From positions 198,854 through 262,853 of the forward strand of contig CAVSGM010000002.1 in NCBI GenBank assembly GCA_963727485.1: DNA of 64,000 nucleotides, read 5' to 3'. This DNA comes from an uncultured delta proteobacterium. GTDB taxonomy: Bacteria; Myxococcota; Myxococcia; SLRQ01. Shown one piece after another: positions 40,030-48,451 of this stretch; position 1 is the stretch's first letter, and each line of letters begins with the position of its first letter. The notes beneath the pieces were generated by a model, which worked only from the letters and a program-made list of their open reading frames with translations, was not told the origin of the DNA and did no database searches. A program made the position numbers and the translations under genes.

Positions 40030-41568
40030 ATGGCTGCTTCCGAGCGCAGGCCCCGGGCCCTGGTCGTCGACGACGACGACGGGATGCGTGGGAACATGGC
40101 CCACATCCTCGAGGCCGACGGCTTCGAGACGGTGGGCGCGGTCGACGGGATGGACGCCCTGGGGCGGCTCGAGCGCGCCAGCTTCGACATCGCCCTCCTC
40201 GACATCCAGATGCCGGGCATCGACGGCCTGGAGACGCTGAAGCGGATCCGGGAGAAGGCGCCGGAGGTCGAGGTGGTGATGGTCACGGTGCTCAAGGAGA
40301 TCCCCAAGGTCGTCGAGGCGATGAAGCTCGGGGCCTTCGACTTCCTCACCAAGGACTTCCGGGCCAGCGAGCTGCAGCTCAAGGCCCAGCAGGCCCTGAC
40401 CCACAGGCGCACCGCCCGGCAGATGGCCTACCTCCGCGACGAGGTGGAGCGACAGGCCCCCGGCGAGATGATCATGGGCGACGGGCCGGCGATGCGCGAG
40501 GTGTCGACCCTGGTCGACAAGGTGGCGCCGCTCCCCGCCACGGTGCTGGTCCTCGGCGAGAGCGGGACGGGCAAGGAGCTGCTGGCCAGGCGTCTCCACC
40601 GCATCTGGTCCGGGGGCGACAAGAAGAAGCCCTTCGTCACGGTGAACCTGGCGGCGATGCCCGCCAGCCTCATCGAGTCCCAGCTCTTCGGGCACGAGAA
40701 GGGGGCGTTCACCGGGGCCACCGAGCAGCGCCTGGGGAAGTTCGAGCTCGCCGACGGAGGCACGCTCTTCCTCGACGAGATTGGCGAGCTGCGCCTCGAT
40801 CTCCAGGCGAAGCTCCTGCGCGCCATCCAGGAGCGCGAGGTGGAGCGCCTCGGGGGCAAGCGTCCGGTGCCGGTGGATGTCCGGCTCATCACCGCCACCA
40901 ACGTCGACCTCAAGGAGGCGGTCCACGCCGGTCGCTTCCGTGAAGACCTCTACTACCGCATCAACGTCATCCCCATCCGGCTGCCGCCCCTGCGCGAGCG
41001 CATCGAGGACGTGCCGGTGCTGGCGCGGCACTTCGCCCGGAAGGCGGGGCAGCGGTTCAACCGGCCAGTGCCCGAGCTCACCGACACGGCGCTCGAGGTG
41101 CTGATGCGCTACCCCTGGCCCGGGAACGTCCGGGAGCTGGAGAACCGCATCGCCGGGCTGGTGGCGGTGCAGGACCGGCCGGTCATCGACGACGTGGACC
41201 TGCCCATCGAGTTCAGCTACCCGCGCTTCTACGACGAGGCCCGGCGCAAGAAGGCGGACGGGCTGGCGGTGGCGCTCACGGCCTTCGAGCGGTCGTTCAT
41301 CGCCATGACCCTGGAGAAGACGGGGTGGCACCGGAAGCAGGCGGCGGCGGAGCTGGGCATCGGCTACTCGACGCTGAAGAAGAAGCTCAAGAAGCTGGGT
41401 GCTCGCGCCGCCCGGGGGGCGCCACGCCGACGGGGACCCGGACGGCGACGACGACGAGGGGTGAGCCCTCACCGGCGCCGGAGGGACGTGGCGCGCGTGG
41501 CCGGCGTCGTCAGGCGGCGTCGGGGGACGACTCGGCCACCGGGGGACTGGCGCGCCGGGGCAGGGTGA
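40030..41568 (+). CDS. NtrC-family sigma-54-dependent response regulator (receiver, AAA+, HTH) with Arg-rich C-terminal extension
   Basis: MAASERRPRALVVDDDDG...DIALLDIQMPGIDG (receiver) ...GESGTGKELLA...GAFTGA...ELADGGTLFLDEIGEL...AAELGIGYSTLKKKLKKLG (HTH); the last about 55 aa are low-complexity and overlap the convergent kinase gene, so the true stop may be earlier. Confidence 0.85.
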   Translation: MAASERRPRALVVDDDDGMRGNMAHILEADGFETVGAVDGMDALGRLERASFDIALLDIQMPGIDGLETLKRIREKAPEVEVVMVTVLKEIPKVVEAMKLGAFDFLTKDFRASELQLKAQQALTHRRTARQMAYLRDEVERQAPGEMIMGDGPAMREVSTLVDKVAPLPATVLVLGESGTGKELLARRLHRIWSGGDKKKPFVTVNLAAMPASLIESQLFGHEKGAFTGATEQRLGKFELADGGTLFLDEIGELRLDLQAKLLRAIQEREVERLGGKRPVPVDVRLITATNVDLKEAVHAGRFREDLYYRINVIPIRLPPLRERIEDVPVLARHFARKAGQRFNRPVPELTDTALEVLMRYPWPGNVRELENRIAGLVAVQDRPVIDDVDLPIEFSYPRFYDEARRKKADGLAVALTAFERSFIAMTLEKTGWHRKQAAAELGIGYSTLKKKLKKLGARAARGAPRRRGPGRRRRRGVSPHRRRRDVARVAGVVRRRRGTTRPPGDWRAGAG

Positions 41569-43288
41569 CCACGAAGACGGCGCCGCCGCTGGGGCGGTTC
41601 CCGGCGGAGACGGTGCCCCCCTGCTCCTCGACGATGCGACGGACCACGGCGAGGCCGAGGCCGAGGCCGTTGCCCGAGCCCTTGGTGGTGCGGAAGGCGT
41701 CGAAGAGGTCGTGGAGGAGCGCCGGGGGGATGCCCGGGCCGTCGTCCTCGACCACCACGGTGACCCGGCTCGCCTCGAGGCCGACGCGGAGGGTGACGTG
41801 TCCCCCGTGGTCGCGGAGGGCGTCGAGGGCGTTCTCCACGAGGTTGCGCACGGCGCGCTCGAGGGCCAGGGCGTCGACCTCGACCATGGGGTCCCCGTCG
41901 CCCTCGACGACCAGGGCGAGGGAGATGCCGCGGGTGCGGGCGGTGGCGGTGAGGCTGCCCTCGAGGCGACGGAGGAGGTCGGGGAGGAGCACCGGCGCGG
42001 CCTCGGCCTCCCGGGGGTTGGCGAACTCCGAGAGGTCGGCGAAGAGCCGGTCGATGTAGGCCTGCTCCCGGTCGAGGTTCGCCTCGAGGTCTTGGCGGGT
42101 GGCCTCGGTCTCGGGGATGTCGAGGAAGGTCCGGACGTGGGTGATGAGGTGCTGGAACGGGCGCTTGAGATCGTGGGCCAGCCCGCCGGCGATGCGGCCG
42201 AAGAACGCCAGGCGCTCCTGGCGGCGAATCTCCTGGGTGAGGGTGCCGAGGTCCTCGGCCATGTGGTTGAAGCCCCGGGCCAGGTCGCCGAGCTCGTCGG
42301 GGCGGTCGTGGTGGACGCGGACGGTGAAGTCGCCCTCGCCGATGCGCCGGGCGCCGGCGGCGAGGCGCTCCACGGGGTTGACGATGGTCCGGGCGCCGAT
42401 GAAGGTCACGGTGCCCACGGCGAGGAGCGCCGCGAAGAGCACGATGAGCAGGCCGAGGCCGAGCGCCCGCGCCTGGGCGAAGGCGTCCCGCGCAGGTGTC
42501 TCCACCACGGCGACCCAGTCGGTGCCCGGGACGGAGGCGGCGGCGCCGACCACCTGCAGCCCGTCGCGGCGGTCATAGGTCGCCGACACGGCGCCGCCGT
42601 CCTTCTCCACCTCGTTCACGATCTTCGGGGTGGGGTAGGGGCGGCGCTGGATGGCGTAGACGAGCTCCTTGGCGATGCCGTGGGCGAAGAGGTGCCCGTG
42701 GCGGTCGACGAGGTAGGTGTAGCCGGTGCGACCGAGGCGCAGGTCGCGGACCATGGACCACAGCTCCAGGGTGTCGACCTCGGCGGCGAGCGCCCCCACG
42801 GTCCGCCCGAGGCGGTGGACCGGCACGGCCACGGCCATCACCGGCAGCAGGTCGTCGCCGATGACCACCTGGGTCACCTGGGGCTTGCCGGTGGCCAGGG
42901 TCTTGTCCGCGGCGCCGCGCACCAGCTTGGAGGGCCCCTTGTCCGGCAGCAAGGTGCTGAAGGTCCGTTTGCCCCCGTGGTCGAAGTCGACCAGGTAGCG
43001 CAGGGTGCGGTCCTCGAGGAGCGCCCGCGCCAGCACCCGGTCGGTCTCGGTGGCGTCGAGCCCGTTGCCCGGGCTCACCGCCGCCCCCACCGCCCGCACC
43101 ACGTCCACGCGCCCGCGGACGAAGGCCCCGACCCGCTTGGCCACCTCCGACGCCGCCGCCCGGGTCCCGGCGGTCACGCCCTCCTGCGCCCCGCGGATTC
43201 CGGACCAGGTGGCGTAGACCCCGTAGGCGCCGAGGGGAAAGAGCGTGGTGAGCGCCAGGAAGAGCAGGAGCTTGGCGCGCAGGCGCAT
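41510..43288 (-). CDS. Sensor histidine kinase (two TM segments, periplasmic sensor domain, HAMP, HisKA, HATPase)
   Basis: MRLRAKLLLFLALTTLFPLGAYGVY (TM1), about 270-aa extracytoplasmic region, LGLGLLIVLFAALLAVGTVTFIGA (TM2), ...FFGRIAGGLAHDLKRPFQ (H-box)...ENALDA...GNGLGLGLAVVRRIVE... Confidence 0.85.
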   Translation of the reverse strand: MRLRAKLLLFLALTTLFPLGAYGVYATWSGIRGAQEGVTAGTRAAASEVAKRVGAFVRGRVDVVRAVGAAVSPGNGLDATETDRVLARALLEDRTLRYLVDFDHGGKRTFSTLLPDKGPSKLVRGAADKTLATGKPQVTQVVIGDDLLPVMAVAVPVHRLGRTVGALAAEVDTLELWSMVRDLRLGRTGYTYLVDRHGHLFAHGIAKELVYAIQRRPYPTPKIVNEVEKDGGAVSATYDRRDGLQVVGAAASVPGTDWVAVVETPARDAFAQARALGLGLLIVLFAALLAVGTVTFIGARTIVNPVERLAAGARRIGEGDFTVRVHHDRPDELGDLARGFNHMAEDLGTLTQEIRRQERLAFFGRIAGGLAHDLKRPFQHLITHVRTFLDIPETEATRQDLEANLDREQAYIDRLFADLSEFANPREAEAAPVLLPDLLRRLEGSLTATARTRGISLALVVEGDGDPMVEVDALALERAVRNLVENALDALRDHGGHVTLRVGLEASRVTVVVEDDGPGIPPALLHDLFDAFRTTKGSGNGLGLGLAVVRRIVEEQGGTVSAGNRPSGGAVFVVTLPRRASPPVAESSPDAA

Positions 43289-44616
43289 CTAGTGGGCCTT
43301 GGCCGGGCGGATGGAGAGGGCCAGCGAGTAGGGCTCGGTCGAGTCGGGCTTGGGATGGACGAAGCGGAAGCGCTTGGAGGTGACGGCGACGCGGGGGAGC
43401 ACGCCCAGCGGCACGAAGGGCGGGTTCTCCGCGAGGCGCTTGCGGATGTCCTTCCAGGTCGCGCCCTTGGCGAGCATGGCGTCGAGGACCGGGTCGTGGT
43501 GGTGGCCGACGTTCAGGCGGGCGCTCGATGGCGACATACAACGTTGGGGCCCGAGCGGGTGGCGCAAGTTGATGAAGCTAGGCGGAGGTCGAGCTTCCAT
43601 GGGCTGGCCAAGTCGCTGCTTGGGCCACATGCTGTCACATGAGCCTGGACTCCTGCATCCGCTAGGCTCACGAAGAGGTCTTCGGTCGCCATGCGCGATC
43701 TCCTCGAGGTTGACGATCTCGAGGTCTAGCGGCTTGGTGATGGTCTTCAGCATCCTCTTGCACCCAGCGCGGAGGGGCGTGTCAGAACCGACTTGCCGAT
43801 GGACCCGTGCGGGCGTCGGGGCCAGCCCATAGGCGACCTGCCAACGCCCGGAAGGCAGGAGTGATGGCTCTGGCAATGCACCGCCGGACCGCCGTGACTT
43901 TGGAGTAGGGGCTCATCTTCGTTGAAGACGAGCACAGCCTCGGTGTTCCTCTGCAGTACGGAGTCACCAGTCCTACCCGAGGCAGCGAGCAGGCGATCGT
44001 GCTGTAGGGGGAGCCCGCCGGCCACGTCGGCGTCGCCGGCTAGCAGGTGGGCGAAGACGGCCACGCGGCCCCGAGACGTGTCGGACGACCATCAGCCGAG
44101 GGTCGTGCATGGGCTGCACGGCGCGCGAGACAGATCCGGCTGGGCGCTCTGGGAGCGACCCGGTACGGGCCTGCGCCAATCCACGCCCCGTCCCGACCTC
44201 TTCGGGCAACGGGTGCCCACGGGACCGCGTGCATGTCCGGTGTCGGCAGGTGCAGGATACAGCCTGCCGTTGCGCTGCCAGTGCCAGCTCTCGCTCTGGG
44301 ACCCCAGATGCAGCTCACGGCGGATCGCGCTGACGAGGTCGCGCGGCCGGATCGGGGAGCCGTCCTGGAAGTACCAGGTCGGCTTGAGGTTCGACCGCAC
44401 AAGGATTCTCGCTGGGGCAGTGCAGGGCAGCCGGATAAGACGTGATCCGAGTGGAGGCGCAATTAGGTCGAGCAGGGTGGCCGAGTCGCCGTTGTGGGGC
44501 ATGCCGGGAACGAGCGGCTCGAGAGGGCGGGGTGAGACCCACACGAGCGGTCGCTCCTGGCGCTGGCGGGCGTGGCCTGACACAGGCCGACAGGAGAAGC
44601 CCAAGCGCAAGCGCAA
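43289..44616 (-). other. Gene remnant/degraded region: intact-looking C-terminal about 80 codons (43289-43540) followed upstream by about 1.1 kb of lower-GC sequence with stops in all frames
   Basis: Reverse strand ...HHHDPVLDAMLAKGATWKDIRKRLAENPPFVPLGVLPRVAVTSKRFRFVHPKPDSTEPYSLALSIRPAKAH* is protein-like with high-GC codon use; upstream only short discontinuous ORFs (e.g. ...TWYFQDGSPIRPRDLVSAIRRELHLGSQSESWHWQRNG...); local GC about 58-62%. Confidence 0.35.
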
Positions 44617-44735
44617 GCGGTACAGTCCTTCGGTGCCTCACCGAGACAGCCTAGTCGTAGTCGCGCAGTCCGACGGAAGACAAAGGCCCCCGTCGCTGAC
44701 GAGGGCCTCTCGAATCTCAGAACGGTGACCGCGGG

Positions 44736-44804
44736 TTAGAAGCCGGCGAGGGCGTCGCAGGGGATGCGCTTCCGATTCCGCTTGTTGAGGGGCTTCTTGA
44801 CCAT
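44736..44804 (-). CDS. 22-codon cationic small ORF (MVKKPLNKRNRKRIPCDALAGF) immediately downstream of the radical SAM gene; candidate peptide
   Basis: ATG preceded by AAGGAAGG at about 7 nt; 69 nt to TAA; single Cys; about 120 nt after the radical SAM stop on the same strand. No homology could be checked. Confidence 0.3.
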   Translation of the reverse strand: MVKKPLNKRNRKRIPCDALAGF

Positions 44805-44925
44805 GGCGAACCTTCCTTTCGGGAAGTGGGGGGACTTCGTTGGGGGGGACTTCAGGGGGCAGAGGTCGGGCTTGCAGGTCCCCACACGTGGGGAGCCTCC
44901 CGGCCCCGGCGTCGGACAAAGGCGG

Positions 44926-46254
44926 CTAGGCCGCCACTTCCTCCGAGGGCATCCGGCCCTCGTAGAACTCGTCGAGGTAGCGCCGCTTCAGGGTCTCGCG
45001 GCCCACCGTGTCGAAGTAGTCGTGCTCACAGCTCACGCCGAGGGTGCCGTTGCGGCGGTAGGTCGTCGCCCGGCAACCGCCGGCGCACACGGGCAGGTAC
45101 TCGCACTGGCCGCAGTCCTTCACCGGGTCGAGGCTCTCGAGGAGCTCGACGCGGGGCAGCCAGCGGTCGTCGGTGATCCGGCCGACGGCCATCTTCGGAT
45201 CGCCCACCAGGACGTCGCACTTGTAGAGGTAGCCGCCGGCGTCGACGAGCAGGTACTGGTCCATGTGGAGGCCACAGGGGCCGAGGCCGAACTCGGGCTC
45301 GGGGCTGAGGCCCGAGCTCACCGCCTTCATCTGGAGGTGGACCAGGCCGTCGGGGTCGGCGTCGGAGATGCGGGTGGCGCAGTCGCCGTCGCCGCGTCCG
45401 TCGAGGACCGGCTTGAACTTCAGCTCGCTGATGGCGTCGGCGAGCCCCTCGCGGCGCAGCACGTCGGCGAGCTCGCCGTACGCGTGCTCGAGGCCCGCGG
45501 GCACGTTGCTGCCGATGTGGATGCGCACCCGCCCGGCGACCGCCTTGAGGTTCGCGAGGATCTGGTCCCAGGAGCCCGTCCCGTCCTTGCGAACCCGGCT
45601 CTGGTCGTGGTGGTGCTTGGGCCCGTCGAGGGTGACCTTGACCGACTCGAGCCCCAAGGGCGCCATGGCGTCGACGAAGGGCCGGTCGAGGAGGGCGCCG
45701 TTGGTGATGATCCGGCAGCTGAAGGCGCGACCGTCCTCGGCGAGCTCGCGCTGGAAACGCTCGGCGGTGCGGAGGATGAGGGGCTTCTTGAGGAGCGGCT
45801 CGCCGCCGAAGTAGGTGAGCTCCAGGGTGTGGAGGTCGTAGCGGGCCATCCGGCGCCGGACCCAGCCGTGGAGCGCCTGCTCCACCGTCTTGCCCATCCC
45901 CGGCCCGCTGGGGCCACCCTCGGCCTCGTAGCAGTAGGGGCACCCGAAGTTGCAGTTCTCGGTGACCAGCACCCGCAGGCGCAGCACTCCGTCGCCCTGC
46001 TTCATCCCCAGCATGAAGTCGCGGAGGGCGGCGTCGTCGGCGACCTCGTCCTCGACGAGGAAGCCCTCGGCCGAAAGGTAGTCGACCTCCTCCTGCTCGA
46101 GGGCGCTCGCCGGCGGCCCGCCCGACAGGGACCCGACCCAGCCGAGGGCCCGGTCGTCGAGGCCGACCAGGTTGTCGGTCAGGGTGTTGTAGAGGACGTG
46201 CTCCCCGGGGAGTGGGAAGTCTCGGATGAGGACGTGGAACCGGGTGAGCTGCAT
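44926..46254 (-). CDS. Radical SAM/SPASM-domain protein (peptide-maturase-like), 442 aa
   Basis: MQLTRFHVLIRDFPLPGEHVLYNTLTD... about 95-aa N-terminal domain, then VTENCNFGCPYCYE (CxxxCxxC), GGEPLL; C-terminal auxiliary-cluster motifs C-x18-C and CGQCEYLPVCAGGC (Cx2Cx5Cx3C) plus terminal VSC; GGGAG RBS. Confidence 0.85.
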   Translation of the reverse strand: MQLTRFHVLIRDFPLPGEHVLYNTLTDNLVGLDDRALGWVGSLSGGPPASALEQEEVDYLSAEGFLVEDEVADDAALRDFMLGMKQGDGVLRLRVLVTENCNFGCPYCYEAEGGPSGPGMGKTVEQALHGWVRRRMARYDLHTLELTYFGGEPLLKKPLILRTAERFQRELAEDGRAFSCRIITNGALLDRPFVDAMAPLGLESVKVTLDGPKHHHDQSRVRKDGTGSWDQILANLKAVAGRVRIHIGSNVPAGLEHAYGELADVLRREGLADAISELKFKPVLDGRGDGDCATRISDADPDGLVHLQMKAVSSGLSPEPEFGLGPCGLHMDQYLLVDAGGYLYKCDVLVGDPKMAVGRITDDRWLPRVELLESLDPVKDCGQCEYLPVCAGGCRATTYRRNGTLGVSCEHDYFDTVGRETLKRRYLDEFYEGRMPSEEVAA

Positions 46255-46299
46255 GGGGTGTCTCCCTGAATCGCCCCCCGAGAGAGCAGGGAGCGTGCC

Positions 46300-46660
46300 A
46301 CCCGCCAGGGGGCTCCAAATCGAGCCCTCCCGACTCGGCTCAGCGGTCCAAGCTGGAAATCTCAATTGATTTCAACCACCTGTCACCAAGGCTCAAAATA
46401 GAGCCCCACGTGGCTACCCTCGCCCGAAGCGACACAAGCCACCGGAATCACTGTGAATCGCCTGGACCAGGCCCCGAATGGGGCTTATCCCGACCCCAGG
46501 GGACTCTTCCAAAAAACACCTGTGATCACAAGGCGTTGGAAAGAGGGTGGCGACCCCGCCGGGGCACGTCGCCCAGCTTCGGGAAAGGGCTCCATTTGGA
46601 GCCCTTTCGTCCCGGGGCGGGGCCAGATCACGGGGAAATACCAATAAAAACCGTGATTTG
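46300..46660. promoter_or_regulatory. AT-richer intergenic control region with multiple palindromes between the radical SAM gene and the divergent small-protein/kinase operon
   Basis: GGGCTC-caaatc-GAGCCC (about 46310-46327), GGCTC-aaaata-GAGCC (about 46390-46405), GAAAGGGCTCCA-tt-TGGAGCCCTTTC (about 46583-46608), TGTGATCACA (about 46521-46530), TCAATTGA, ATCACGG-N18-CCGTGAT; codon usage in short ORFs here is atypical. Confidence 0.3.
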
Positions 46661-46741
46661 GGCGCAGCCGCTCCTAGGCGAGCCCTCAGGTCTCACCCTA
46701 GAGCCAGTGGTGGCACGCCGCTGGCAAAAGAGACCAGTGCA

Positions 46742-46990
46742 ATGTCCAGGCTCGCCAAGGTCAAGGTCGTCGAGCTCGACGGGAAAAAGGTGTTCCTCCA
46801 CTTCTACGAGGACGTCTCGACCCTCGGGACGCCCCGCTACTCGGTGGAGATCCGCTTCGGCCCCGAGGACCGCGTCGTCTTCGACGGCCCCAGCATCTCG
46901 GACCTCGAGGCGACCACCCAGGCCTGCCTCCCTGCCACCTGGGCCAGCCGGCGGATGCTCGCCGGCGCGGCCTACGGCGCCCCCCACTGA
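46742..46990 (+). CDS. Small protein (82 aa, hypothetical) translationally coupled to the downstream histidine kinase
   Basis: MSRLAKVKVVELDGKKVFLHFYEDVSTLGTPRYSVEIRFGPEDRVVFDGPSISDLEATTQACLPATWASRRMLAGAAYGAPH; stop overlaps the kinase ATG (TGATG). Confidence 0.5.
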   Translation: MSRLAKVKVVELDGKKVFLHFYEDVSTLGTPRYSVEIRFGPEDRVVFDGPSISDLEATTQACLPATWASRRMLAGAAYGAPH

Positions 46991-47865
46991 TGCAACCCCT
47001 CGCCTCCCAGCCGACGCCCTCGCGTCCCTACCGCGCCGATCCCATGCCCCGCGACCCCGAGCTTCACGCCGCCCGCCTCGTCGAGCTGGGCAGCCTGGTA
47101 CCGGGGCTGGTGCACGAGCTCTCGAACCCGGCCGCGGTCCTCCGGGGCAACCTCGGCGCCGTCGTCGACCACGCCGACACCCTGGGCCGACTGGTCAACG
47201 GCCTCGACCAGGGGCAGGACGCCTCGGCCCTGCGCCGGGACCTCGAGCTCGATGACACCGCCATCGACCTCGCCGAGCTGGTGGGCGAGTCCGCCGGCGC
47301 CCTCGACGAGCTGGTCTCCCTCCTCGGCGACATCCGTCACTACGCCGCCGGCGCCGAGGCCGAGGCCGAGGCCGATCTCGCCTCGGCCGTCGCCGCCGCC
47401 CTGCGCCTCGCCACCTACGAGACCAAGTACCGGGCCGCCGTGAGCGTCGGCGTCGGCGACCTCCCTCGGATCGCCCTGTGCCCCGTCCACCTGGTGCAGC
47501 TGGTGCTGGCCCTCATCCTCAACGCCGCCCAGGCCCTCGCCGACCACCGGCAGCTCCACGGCGACCTGGGCCACGTGTCCCTCTCGGCCAGGGCCGAGGG
47601 CGACGACCTCGTCGTCCTCGAGGTCCGCGACGACGGCCCCGGCGTGTCCCCCGACCTCGCCGACCGCGTCTTCGAGCCCGGGGTCACCTCGCGGCCCGGG
47701 GCCAGGGGCATGGGCCTGTACCACGCCCGGAACCTCCTCGAGCGCGCCGGTGGCGCCCTCGTCCTCCAACCGCCCCGTGGCGGGGGCGCCGTCTTCGTCG
47801 CGCGCCTGCCCGCCCTCTCCGACGACATTCACAGTGAGGCCATCGGTCCTGTCCACAAGACATAG
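46990..47865 (+). CDS. Soluble histidine kinase core (HisKA plus HATPase, no TM or recognisable sensor domain)
   Basis: ...ARLVELGSLVPGLVHELSNPAAVLRGNLG (H-box near N-terminus)...ILNAAQAL...LEVRDDGPGVSPDLADRVFEPGVTSRPGARGMGLYHARNLLERAGGAL. Confidence 0.75.
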   Translation: MQPLASQPTPSRPYRADPMPRDPELHAARLVELGSLVPGLVHELSNPAAVLRGNLGAVVDHADTLGRLVNGLDQGQDASALRRDLELDDTAIDLAELVGESAGALDELVSLLGDIRHYAAGAEAEAEADLASAVAAALRLATYETKYRAAVSVGVGDLPRIALCPVHLVQLVLALILNAAQALADHRQLHGDLGHVSLSARAEGDDLVVLEVRDDGPGVSPDLADRVFEPGVTSRPGARGMGLYHARNLLERAGGALVLQPPRGGGAVFVARLPALSDDIHSEAIGPVHKT

Positions 47866-47989
47866 GGTCTTGTGACCATGCCCCCCCGCAGAGGTCGATG
47901 GCCGGGAACCCCGCCGTGAATACGGCGGGGTTCTCTTTTTCCGTCCCCCGCGCCCGTCGGACGAGGGGAGCGCAAGGCGCGGCCTGCGC

Positions 47990-48379
47990 CTACGCCTCGG
48001 GCGTCTCGGTCTCCCGCTTGCGCAGCATGTACTTCACCTTGCGCATCAGCCCGTCGAGGTCGAAGGGTTTCTCGATGAAGTCCTCGGCCCCGAGCTCCAG
48101 GCCGAGCTGGCGGCTGAAGGGGTCGCCCCGGGCCGAGAGGAAGAGGACCGGGATCGCCCGGGTCTGGTCGTCGGCCTTCAGCGCCCGGCACACGTCCCGG
48201 CCGTCCATCCGCGGCATGTTCACGTCGAGGACCACCAGGTCGGGTTGGTCGCTCTGGGCGAGGGCGAGGCCCTCGACGCCATCGGCCGCGGTGATCACCG
48301 TGAAGCCGTGGCGCTCGGCGGTGCGACGGAAGATCGTGCGCAGCTCGGCGTCGTCGTCGACGAAGAGGAGGCGAGCCAT
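47990..48379 (-). CDS. Single-domain (CheY-like) response regulator
   Basis: MARLLFVDDDAELRTIFRRTAERHGFTVITAADGVEGLALAQSDQPDLVVLDVNMPRMDGRDVCRALK...IPVLFLSARGD...; 129 aa; convergent with the kinase core. Confidence 0.8.
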   Translation of the reverse strand: MARLLFVDDDAELRTIFRRTAERHGFTVITAADGVEGLALAQSDQPDLVVLDVNMPRMDGRDVCRALKADDQTRAIPVLFLSARGDPFSRQLGLELGAEDFIEKPFDLDGLMRKVKYMLRKRETETPEA

Positions 48380-48451
48380 GGCGGGCATTATAGGGATCGA
48401 TCGCGTCCGCGTCTCTCCATCGGTCGCGCTCCGGTGATACGCTCCCGGGCC

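Noticed and set aside
46414-46647. Short overlapping ORFs (76 aa minus, 64 aa plus) in the palindrome-rich intergenic region
   Set aside because: Codon usage is atypical for this genome (many A/T-ending codons), there is no RBS, and they overlap the inverted repeats; more likely non-coding control sequence.
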